Shown one piece after another: positions 9,285-16,963 of a stretch of DNA of 34,629 nucleotides. The notes beneath the pieces were generated by a model. That model did not search any database. It saw only the letters and a program-made list of their open reading frames with translations, and was not told the origin of the DNA. Positions within the stretch are counted from its first letter, which is position 1. Every line of letters begins with the position of its first letter. The position numbers were made by a program, and so were the translations under genes. The stretch spans positions 1 through 34,629 of the forward strand of contig CAYNPF010000003.1 in assembly GCA_964398895.1 (NCBI GenBank). The letters are read 5' to 3'. Source of the stretch: an uncultured bacterium. Lineage in GTDB: Bacteria > Eisenbacteria > RBG-16-71-46.

Positions 9285-9861
9285 GACCCACGCCCACTCA
9301 CAGACAATCCCATCACTTCGCACCGCCGCCATGCCCAACCCTCTCTCCAGCCTCCCGGTCGAGCGCTCCCATCGCACCGACGTGGTGGAGTTCTGCCAGC
9401 TGCTCGGCCCAGACCACCCCATCCCACCCGGCGCCCCGGGCCGTCCACGGCCGAGCATCGCTGCACCTCCGAGAGGGAACGAGCGACGCACCGCGCAGGA
9501 AGACGCAGTGCATCCATATACGTCTCTGTATGCCTTTGCACCTGCACGGTAGTCGCGCTATCTGTAGGACGTCAACGCGAATGTGGCACGCGGGTGCGCA
9601 GCCGCGCCGATCGCCTCCGCGGTGGAGCGGCCGCACGGCAGCCCGCCGACACGTGGAGGCGCGGGACCCCGGAGCCACCCTTCCGCCCCACCACCCGACG
9701 GCCCCGGCCTCCGACCGCGACGGATTCCCTTGCAAGCTCCGCGCCGCCGCGGCCGCTGCCCATCGGAGTCCCGTACGGGCGTTCCGCGCCCAGCGATCGT
9801 CGGACGGCCTGGACGGAACGCCCGCGCGTGGACGACGGACGGACCGCCGGTGGGAAAGCGT

Positions 9862-9891
9862 GAGGGCGCGGGGGACATTCCCCGCGCCCTC
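9862..9891 (-). terminator. Stem-loop downstream of the tandem OMP genes
   Basis: Perfect 12-bp inverted repeat GAGGGCGCGGGG (9862-9873) / CCCCGCGCCCTC (9880-9891) with a 6-nt loop, 22 nt past the stop at 9913. Only a short T run (CTTTC) follows on the minus strand. Confidence 0.45.
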
Positions 9892-9912
9892 GCGTGAGCG
9901 GCCGACGCCGCG

Positions 9913-10599
9913 TCAGTAGCAGAGCGTGTAGTCGAGCTTGACCGTCCAGAGCAGCCGCGTCTTCTCGTCGGTGTTCCCGTACATCAGGGGCACGTCCTCC
10001 ACCGCCAGGCCACCCAGGTCCTGGAGGTAGTCGTCCAGCTTGCGGCGGTTGCCGTCGGGCCCCGGGAAGGCGGGGTTGTCGTCGAGCTTCGCCACCGAGG
10101 TCATGCGCACCGACAGTCCCAGCAGCGCGCCCTTGTGGACCGGCGTCATCACACCCACGGTGACGTGCCGCCCCGGAGTGAACTCACTGACGTCCTGCCC
10201 GGTCCGGTAGTACTTGCGGTAGTGCGCGCCCACGCCGAAGCCGAAGTAGGGATAGGTCGCTGCGCCCCACTTCGTGTGGCGCGCGATCTCGAGCACGATC
10301 GGGCAGTCAATGTCGGCCGAGCCGCCGAACTTGCCGAGCAGGTCGCAGCCGACGAAGCCGCCCACCGACCAGTTGTCGAGCACGAAGCGCCGGTAGCCGA
10401 TGGTCGCGCCACCGAGGCCGTCCGGGGCGATGTCACCGGCACCCCGGGCGTAGCCGGCCTGCACGCTCATCCACTGCGTCCCCCGCTGCAACGAGATCCC
10501 CGCGTCCGCCGGATCCTGCGCGAGCGCCGGCAGGACCGCGGCGCCGGCGAGCAGGACCGTCATCGTCACCGCTGCACAAGTCACGCGATAGCCGTTCAC
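9913..10599 (-). CDS. Outer-membrane beta-barrel protein
   Basis: GTG start with GGAG 6 nt upstream. The signal peptide is TMTVLLAGAAVLPALAQD. Alternating-hydrophobic strands and a C-terminal aromatic residue (DYTLCY) follow. Confidence 0.7.
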   Translation of the reverse strand: MNGYRVTCAAVTMTVLLAGAAVLPALAQDPADAGISLQRGTQWMSVQAGYARGAGDIAPDGLGGATIGYRRFVLDNWSVGGFVGCDLLGKFGGSADIDCPIVLEIARHTKWGAATYPYFGFGVGAHYRKYYRTGQDVSEFTPGRHVTVGVMTPVHKGALLGLSVRMTSVAKLDDNPAFPGPDGNRRKLDDYLQDLGGLAVEDVPLMYGNTDEKTRLLWTVKLDYTLCY

Positions 10600-10609
10600 G
10601 GATCGCTCC

Positions 10610-11242
10610 TCAGTTCCCGGTGGGCCCGAAGGAGAAGGTGAGCCCCGCCGTCCACAGGCTCACGTTCTCGTCACGGGCGAAGATGGTGTGATAGACGGAC
10701 TCGACGCCGACCCAGGTGCCGCCGACCACGCGCATGCGCACGCCGGCGCCGCCGTTGACGCCGAACTTGTTGGCCTGCTCGTTGCCCTCGATCGTCGTGG
10801 TGGACGAAGCCGCCGCGACATCCTGGCTGTAGCGCATGTTGTAGGCGCCCGCGCCACCGCGCAGGTAGGGCGAGAAGCGCCCGCGCTCGAGGAAGAAGAC
10901 CTTGCCGTAGACGCCCAGCTCGGTGATGGACCAGTTCTCGTCGAGCGTGACCGTCACGACCTTCTCGGTCGAGGGCTCGACGGTCTCGAACTGCTCGCCG
11001 TCGTGCAGGCCCGGGGCCTTGAAGTACGTGAAGTCGGCGCCGACCGCCAACCAGGGGGCGACCCGGAAGCCGCCGCTGACCGAGGCCGTCATGCCGCCGT
11101 CGGCCACGTCCTTGAACGCCCCGGTTGGGGACTGGTGCCCCAGCGTCACGGTGACCACGCTCTCGGCGGCCGCCATGACCGCCGATGGGGCGGTGCACAG
11201 CAGGAGCAGTGCACCGGCCACCATCCACCATCGCTTCGACAT
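10610..11242 (-). CDS. Outer-membrane beta-barrel protein (OmpW/OmpA-barrel-like)
   Basis: The ATG at 11242 is preceded by GAGGAGG. The signal peptide is MSKRWWMVAGALLLLCTAPSAVMAAA. The protein has a glycine/aromatic-rich strand pattern and ends LTFSFGPTGN. Its stop lies 10 nt from the next OMP start. Confidence 0.75.
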   Translation of the reverse strand: MSKRWWMVAGALLLLCTAPSAVMAAAESVVTVTLGHQSPTGAFKDVADGGMTASVSGGFRVAPWLAVGADFTYFKAPGLHDGEQFETVEPSTEKVVTVTLDENWSITELGVYGKVFFLERGRFSPYLRGGAGAYNMRYSQDVAAASSTTTIEGNEQANKFGVNGGAGVRMRVVGGTWVGVESVYHTIFARDENVSLWTAGLTFSFGPTGN

Positions 11243-11514
11243 CGAACGGCCTCCTCTCAGGGCTTCCCGCGCGCGTACCACGAACTGTTCAGGCCCGGTC
11301 GGTGCCAGAGCCGGGCAGACGCCGGGTCGAGGCACCGCCTCGTGCCCGCCGGAAGGCCCGCCTGTGCTGGCGTCAAGACGCTGAAAAATACGGTCCCCGG
11401 GGAGGTCCAGTCAATTCGCCCCCCGGCGCCCGCCGGGCCCCCGGGGGCGCGTCGGCCGGAGGACGCGCCGAAAGGGGCTTCCCCTGCGGCCCCACCTTCG
11501 CTAGCTTGCGGGAC

Positions 11515-12075
11515 ATGCGTGCATGCTCTCCCCTGCGTTCGTTCGCCCGCGCGCGGAGCCGCGGGCCGCGCCACGGCCGGGCCGCCATCCGCCTGGGCGC
11601 CTTGCTGCTGCTCGTGCTGGCGGCCGGTTGCGGCCGCCGGAGCGAGCGCAGCGCCCCGCTGAGCTTCGAGGAGCTGTCCGACACCTCCGGGCTGAGCCGT
11701 GGCGCCCCGATCCTCGTCGCCTTCGAGCCCTACCGCCTGATGGGCGGCGCCATGCGCGTGCGCGGGCGAGCCGAGCTGCCCGACGGCACGCGGCTGCAGA
11801 TCTCCGTCGTGCGCCTGACCACGCGGGACACCGTCAAGGTCGTGCAGGTGACGCTGGCCGACGGGTCCTTCGAGACGGCGCCGTTCATGGGTCCGCGCGG
11901 TCCGCTGCCGGAGGACCTCTACCGCTTCGAGGTCCTGGCGCACTTCAACCAGGTCTGGCAGCCGGAAGGCGTGCTGCGGGCCACCGACGGCGGCCGCACC
12001 CTGCGGGGCCCGGGCATGACCCGGGGCACGGTCGGCCAGCCGGCCTTCTTCCTCTGCGAGGAGATCCGCCTGTGA
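11515..12075 (+). CDS. Hypothetical lipoprotein
   Basis: The ATG at 11515 gives MRACSPL...IRLGALLLLVLAAGC, a lipobox (LAAGC). The stop overlaps the next gene's start (GTGA). No recognisable family. Confidence 0.55.
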   Translation: MRACSPLRSFARARSRGPRHGRAAIRLGALLLLVLAAGCGRRSERSAPLSFEELSDTSGLSRGAPILVAFEPYRLMGGAMRVRGRAELPDGTRLQISVVRLTTRDTVKVVQVTLADGSFETAPFMGPRGPLPEDLYRFEVLAHFNQVWQPEGVLRATDGGRTLRGPGMTRGTVGQPAFFLCEEIRL

Positions 12076-13331
12076 CACCGCGTTCCCGACCGCCCGCCCT
12101 GCGCTACCGCGCCGCCCGTCCGGGCGACGTCGAGACGCTGGCCGCGCTGGGCCAGCTCGCCTACCGTGTCTCGAGCCTCGAGCAGCGGCTCGACTTCTAC
12201 ACCGCGCACCCGCGTTTCGCCCTGTCCGACGTGCGCGTGGCCGAGCTCGGCGGGCACATCGTCGCCTCGCTCGTGCTCTACCCGCTCACCGCCTGGGTGC
12301 GCGGCCGCCACGTGCCGTTGACCGGCGTCGGCTCGGTGGCCGTGTTGCCCGAGCACCGCCGCCAGGGTGTGGGCGAGGCGCTGTTGCGCTCCGCGCTGCG
12401 CGAGATGCGCCGCAGCGGCCGCGCCCTGTCCGTCCTCTACGCCTTCCGCGGCTCGTACTATCGCAAGCTCGGCTACGGCGTCGCCGAGATCGTCCACCAG
12501 CTCGCCGTCGGTCCCGCGAACCTGCCGCTGTTCCCCGAGCGCCGCGCCGTGCGCCGCCTGCGGTTCGACGACCGGCCCGCGGTCGAGGCGCTCTACGCGC
12601 GCTCCGCGGCCGCCGGGCACTTCGCGCTGGAGCGCCGCCCCGAGTGGTGGGCGCGACGGTTGTGGGACTACCCGGGCGACTGGATGGTCCACGTCGGCGC
12701 CGGCGGGCGGCTCGAGGGCTACGTGCACTACGAGATGGACACCACCCACGGGGCGTTCCAGCTCGGCCTGACGCTGACCGAGTTCGTGGCCGTGAGCCCG
12801 ACCGCCCGGCGCGGCCTGATCGGCCACCTCGCCTCGCTCGCCGACCAGGTGAACGAGATCCACCACGTCGCTCCCGCCGACAACCTCTGGCTGGCCACGC
12901 TGCGCACCGCGCAGAACCTGCACCCCGGCGCCGAGATGGGCGTGATGCTCGACAGCGGCGGCGTGGCGCACGGGGCGATGCTGCGCGTGACCGACGTGCC
13001 GGCGGCCCTCGCCGCGCTGCCGCTCGCGCCGCGCTCGCGCGGCGAGGTGGTGCTCGCGGTCGAGGACGCGGTGATGCCGCAGAACGCGCTGGCCTGGCGC
13101 GTGCGGGCACGCGCCTCCGGCCTCGACGTGGCGCCGGCGACGCGGGCCGAGCAGGCGCGGCTGCCGCGGCTCACCGTGCCCGCCGACCGTCTCGGGCCCC
13201 TGCTCGCCGGCACGCTGTCGCCCATCGGCGCGGCCGAGGCCGGACTGATCGAGTCGGACGGCGGTGCCGAGATGGTCGAACCCTGGTTCCGCGCCCGGCC
13301 GGTGTTCCTCCACCCGATGAACGTCTTCTGA
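12072..13331 (+). CDS. Eis-like GNAT N-acetyltransferase (GNAT + SCP2-like C-terminal domain)
   Basis: The GNAT core is VGSVAVLPEHRRQGVGEALLRSALREMRRSGRALSVLYAFRGSYYRKLGYG. The 419-aa length and C-terminal region resemble the Eis family. The GTG start overlaps the upstream TGA. Confidence 0.8.
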   Translation: MTPRSRPPALRYRAARPGDVETLAALGQLAYRVSSLEQRLDFYTAHPRFALSDVRVAELGGHIVASLVLYPLTAWVRGRHVPLTGVGSVAVLPEHRRQGVGEALLRSALREMRRSGRALSVLYAFRGSYYRKLGYGVAEIVHQLAVGPANLPLFPERRAVRRLRFDDRPAVEALYARSAAAGHFALERRPEWWARRLWDYPGDWMVHVGAGGRLEGYVHYEMDTTHGAFQLGLTLTEFVAVSPTARRGLIGHLASLADQVNEIHHVAPADNLWLATLRTAQNLHPGAEMGVMLDSGGVAHGAMLRVTDVPAALAALPLAPRSRGEVVLAVEDAVMPQNALAWRVRARASGLDVAPATRAEQARLPRLTVPADRLGPLLAGTLSPIGAAEAGLIESDGGAEMVEPWFRARPVFLHPMNVF

Positions 13332-13333
13332 CC

Positions 13334-13630
13334 GTGCGCCGCTCGCGTCGCCGCTTCCTCCGCCTGCTGGCCACCGGGTCGGCCGTGGCCGCGACCACGC
13401 CGGCGCTGCTCGCCCGCGCGGCGGTGCCGAAGCGCCCGGCGAAGCGCACCGCGCCGCCGCCCCCCGCACCGCCCGGACCGCCGGCGGCGGTGGCCGAGGA
13501 GCTGCGCCGCCAGCGTTCCGCCCTGACCGACGCGCTGAAGCGCATCCGCGACTTCCCGCTGCCGGACGGCGGCGAGCCCGCCGGCCGCTTCGAGCCGCTG
13601 GGACCGCGGCGCCGGGGCCCGCGCCCGTGA
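13334..13630 (+). CDS. Small Tat-signal protein (98 aa) with GatC/AtzG-like C-terminal segment
   Basis: GTG start 2 nt after the upstream stop. SRRRFLRLLATGSAVAATTPALLARA is a twin-arginine signal, followed by a Pro-rich linker and then LTDALKRIRDFPLPDGGEPAGRFEP. The stop overlaps the amidase start (GTGA). Confidence 0.55.
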   Translation: MRRSRRRFLRLLATGSAVAATTPALLARAAVPKRPAKRTAPPPPAPPGPPAAVAEELRRQRSALTDALKRIRDFPLPDGGEPAGRFEPLGPRRRGPRP

Positions 13631-15030
13631 TCGGCCCGGAGCTGCTCCACGCCGACATCGCCGAGCTGTCGGGCGGCATCCGCGCCCGCCGGATCTCGCC
13701 GGTCGAGCTGGCCGAGGCCTTCCTCCAGCGCATCCGGCGCTTCGCCCCCGAGCTGAACGCCTTCGAGACCGTGGCCGCCGACGAGGCGCTGCTGCAGGCG
13801 CGCCTGGCCGAGGGCGATCTGCGCGCCGGCCACTGGCGCGGGGCGCTGCACGGCATCCCGTGGGCGGCGAAGGACCTGCTGGCCACCGCCGGCCTGCGCA
13901 CCACCTGGGGCGCCGCGCCGCTGCAGGAGCAGGCCTTCGACCACGACGCCACCGTGGTGACGCGGCTGCGCGAGGCGGGCGCGGTGCTGCTGGGCAAGAC
14001 CGCGATGATCGAGCTGGCCGGCGGGCTGGGCTACCGCTTCGCCGACGCCTCGCTGAGCGGACCGGCGCGCAACCCGTGGAACCGCGAGCACTGGACCGGC
14101 GGATCGTCGTCGGGCTCGGGGGCCGCGGTGGCGGCCGGACTGGCCACCTTCGCGCTGGGCACCGAGACCTGGGGCTCGATCCTCTGTCCCTCGGCCTTCT
14201 GCGGCATCACCGGCCTGCGCCCCACCTACGGACGGGTGAGCCGCGCCGGGGCGATGGCCTGCGCCTGGACCTTCGACAAGGTGGGGCCCATGGCCCGCTC
14301 GGCCGCGGACTGCCGCGCCGTGCTGCAGGCGATCGCTGGCGCCGACCCGGACGATCCCAGTTCGTCGGCCGAGCCGGTGGAGTTGCGGTCGCGGCGCGTC
14401 GAGCCGGCGCGGCTGCGCGTCGCCCTGTTCCCCTTCGACGCCGCGGCGAAGGGCGCCGAGACGGAAGCCCACGCGGCCTACGAGGCGGCGCTGGCCGAGC
14501 TACGCGCGGCGGGCTTCGTGCTGGAGACGGTGACGCTGCCCGACCTGCCGGCCGCCGAGGTGGCGAGCGTGCTCATCATGATCGAGGCGGTGTCGTCGTT
14601 CGAGCGGCTCTTCGCCAACGGCGACGTGCGCCGCCTGCGCGACGCCTGCGCCCCCTTCCAGCGCGAGATCGCCGCGGACGTCTCCGGCACCGACGTGGTC
14701 CGGGCCGGGCGCATCCGCCGCCGGCTGCAGGAGCGCATGGCGGACTTCTTCGCCGCGCACGACGTCCTCGTGGCCCCGAACTTCCTCTCGACCGCGCCGC
14801 GCCTCGACGCCGATCTCAACCAGGCCCTGCCCTACGGCGATCCGGTGGGCGCGATCGGCAACGCCTGCGGCCTGCCGGCGCTGGCCCTGCCCTGCGGCTT
14901 CGGCCGCGGGCACCTCCCGGTGGGCTTCCAGCTCGTCGGTCCACCGTGGAGCGAGGGCCTGCTGCTCGACCTCGGCGAGCTGTACCAGCGCCGCACGCGC
15001 TGGCACGACGAGCGACCGCCGCTGGACTGA
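13627..15030 (+). CDS. Amidase-signature family amidase (GatA-like)
   Basis: Carries the GGSSSGSGAAVAAG amidase signature, the catalytic Lys context WAAKDLLATAG, and is 467 aa long. There is no N-terminal signal peptide (MIGPELLHADIAELSGG). Confidence 0.9.
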   Translation: MIGPELLHADIAELSGGIRARRISPVELAEAFLQRIRRFAPELNAFETVAADEALLQARLAEGDLRAGHWRGALHGIPWAAKDLLATAGLRTTWGAAPLQEQAFDHDATVVTRLREAGAVLLGKTAMIELAGGLGYRFADASLSGPARNPWNREHWTGGSSSGSGAAVAAGLATFALGTETWGSILCPSAFCGITGLRPTYGRVSRAGAMACAWTFDKVGPMARSAADCRAVLQAIAGADPDDPSSSAEPVELRSRRVEPARLRVALFPFDAAAKGAETEAHAAYEAALAELRAAGFVLETVTLPDLPAAEVASVLIMIEAVSSFERLFANGDVRRLRDACAPFQREIAADVSGTDVVRAGRIRRRLQERMADFFAAHDVLVAPNFLSTAPRLDADLNQALPYGDPVGAIGNACGLPALALPCGFGRGHLPVGFQLVGPPWSEGLLLDLGELYQRRTRWHDERPPLD

Positions 15031-15046
15031 CGGAGGACCCCGTCAG
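15027..15046. terminator. Short hairpin between convergent genes, containing both stop codons
   Basis: CTGACGG (15027-15033) pairs with CCGTCAG (15040-15046) around a 6-nt loop. It encloses the amidase TGA (15028-15030) and the methyltransferase TGA (complement of 15043-15045). Confidence 0.3.
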
Positions 15047-15876
15047 CCGCGCGATCGCGAGTCCCCCACCGCCCAGTGCACCAGGGCCGAGCGCGTGGCG
15101 CGCGGCCAGATCACCCCGTCGGCGGTGGACGTGAGCCGGCGCGCGAGCAGGTCGGCGAGGAAGACGTCGTGCTCGTCGTTGCCGAGCAGGCCGAGGCGGC
15201 GCTTCACCTCGGCCAGCGCCGTCTCCCGGTCCGGGTGGCACCACGGCTCCCACAACCGGTCCTCCATCACCACGTCGGGGAAGATGCCCAGCTCGAGCAG
15301 GGCGTTGTAGGCGACCTGGAAGTTGGGACTGTCGTGCGGGTGCCCGCGCACGCGCCGCGTCGCCTCGGCCATGACGCCGTCGGGCAACGGCGCGCGCAGC
15401 AGCAGGAAGACGCGCCGCCGCGTCACCCGCTCGAGGCCGCGCACGAAGCCGGCAAGATCGGGCTCGCCGTACATGGCGTGGGCGCAGAGCGTGACGTCGT
15501 GCGGCGCGATCGCGTCGTCCGGCCAGGGCCGCGGCACCACCGTGACGTTGGTCGCGCCCGCCGCGGCCAGCGTCTCGCGCAGGACCTCGACCATGCCGGG
15601 CGAGGGCTCGAGCGCGGTCACCCGCGCGGCGCGGGGCGCGAGGAACGCCGCCCAGGCGCCGGTGCCGGCGCCGACGTCGAGCAGGCTCGAGCCGGGATGG
15701 GCCTCGAGCCAGGCGGCGACCGTGCCGCGACTGGAGTCGGGCTCGCTCCAGCGCCGCTCGACCCCGGCGGCGAAGGCGCGGGCCCGGCGGCTCCAGCGAT
15801 CGGCCGGCGCATCGGCCGCGCGGGCGCGCGCCTGCGCCTCGCACAGCTCGCGCCACAGCGCGCACCCGTTGATCAC
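15043..15876 (-). CDS. Class I SAM-dependent methyltransferase
   Basis: SAM-binding motif I LLDVGAGTGAWAAFLA, then ALEPSPGMVEVL. The GTG at 15876 overlaps the upstream gene's TGA (GTGA). The track ORF extension to 16251 is an out-of-frame run-in. Confidence 0.8.
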   Translation of the reverse strand: MINGCALWRELCEAQARARAADAPADRWSRRARAFAAGVERRWSEPDSSRGTVAAWLEAHPGSSLLDVGAGTGAWAAFLAPRAARVTALEPSPGMVEVLRETLAAAGATNVTVVPRPWPDDAIAPHDVTLCAHAMYGEPDLAGFVRGLERVTRRRVFLLLRAPLPDGVMAEATRRVRGHPHDSPNFQVAYNALLELGIFPDVVMEDRLWEPWCHPDRETALAEVKRRLGLLGNDEHDVFLADLLARRLTSTADGVIWPRATRSALVHWAVGDSRSRG

Positions 15877-16961
15877 TTGCGCGCGACGGCGGAACCCGGT
15901 GGGCGCGGTGGCAGCACGCTCAACCGGAAGCAGTGCCGCCCGCGCGGGTGCCGCCAGAAGACCGGCGCGTCGCCCCCCGTCCGCACCGAGTCCGCGGTCG
16001 CGAAGGTGGCGCAGAGCTCGACGGTGACCGAATCCACCACGCGGTAGCCATAGGGCTCCTTGGTCACCGGGTCGGCGAAGATGCGTGGATCCGCGATGCC
16101 CGGCCGCGCCGCCAGCTCCGGCAGGCTCGCCGGCAGTGGGGCGCCGCCGCCGCGCTCCTCCTTCAGCTCGGCCCAGATGCGCGTCAGGTCGTCCACGCGC
16201 TCCGCGTCGAGCGCACGCTGGCGGGCGTGGAACGGCGAGCCGGCGACCCACAGGCCGGCGACGATCGTGGCCGCGACCGCGACGATCGCCACCCCGGCCA
16301 GCCGCGTCGCCCGGCGGGGCGGCGCGGCGCCCTCGCGCTCCTCGCCGCGCAGGTCGGCCAGGTAGTGACCGAAGATGGTCCCGGCGATGGCGAGTACCAC
16401 CAGGACCTTGGTCAGCACCCGCAGCGGCAACTCGCCGGAGAGCAGCCGCTGCACGAGGAAGCTGAGGTCGCCGATGATCACCAGCGCCGCCACGAACAGC
16501 GTGAGGTAGGTGAGCCAGCGGCGAGCCGCCGAGCCGCGCTTCTCCGGGTCCCGCGCCAGCAGCCGCCCGACGAACGTCGAGATCCCCAGGAAGATGGGGA
16601 AGGCGATCAGCAGCCCGGCGATGCCGCCGCGGATGCCCTCGGCCACCGCGTCGCGGCCGTAGTCGCGGGCCACCGCGTCGGGCAGCCAGCGGTCGAGGCA
16701 GGAGAACAGCACCGCTCCGACGTCGAAGGCGGTGAGGTAGAGGGTGGCGAAGAGCACGAGGTAGAGGAACGTCTCGCGTGCCGACAGTTGCGGCCGCCGG
16801 CGAGGCACGGGCACCGGGAAGTCCACCTCGACCCAGGCCGCCAGTGCCGCCTCGACCTCCTCGGCGCGCCAGCCCGCCGCCAGCAGCCGCTCGCGGATGG
16901 CGGGGCGGGCCAGCCCGCGCTCGAGCGCCTCGCGCACGAAGCGCTGCAGGTCGGCGTTCAT
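15873..16961 (-). CDS. DUF5671-type polytopic membrane protein with pilin-like C-terminal module
   Basis: N-terminal helical region MNADLQRFVREALERGL...AGWRAEEVEAAL, then a TM block ETFLYLVLFATLYLTAFDVGAVLFSCLDRWLPD that matches my recollection of DUF5671. About 5 TM segments in total. The C-terminal ARQRALDAERVDDLTRI...DPVTKEPYGYRV...ELCATFA resembles pseudopilins. Confidence 0.7.
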   Translation of the reverse strand: MNADLQRFVREALERGLARPAIRERLLAAGWRAEEVEAALAAWVEVDFPVPVPRRRPQLSARETFLYLVLFATLYLTAFDVGAVLFSCLDRWLPDAVARDYGRDAVAEGIRGGIAGLLIAFPIFLGISTFVGRLLARDPEKRGSAARRWLTYLTLFVAALVIIGDLSFLVQRLLSGELPLRVLTKVLVVLAIAGTIFGHYLADLRGEEREGAAPPRRATRLAGVAIVAVAATIVAGLWVAGSPFHARQRALDAERVDDLTRIWAELKEERGGGAPLPASLPELAARPGIADPRIFADPVTKEPYGYRVVDSVTVELCATFATADSVRTGGDAPVFWRHPRGRHCFRLSVLPPRPPGSAVARK

Positions 16962-16963
16962 GG

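Noticed and set aside
8844-9863. A 339-aa plus-strand ORF across the lower-GC patch.
   Set aside because: It is antisense to the lipoprotein gene. Its composition is Pro/His/Arg/Thr-rich, with no start context and no motif.
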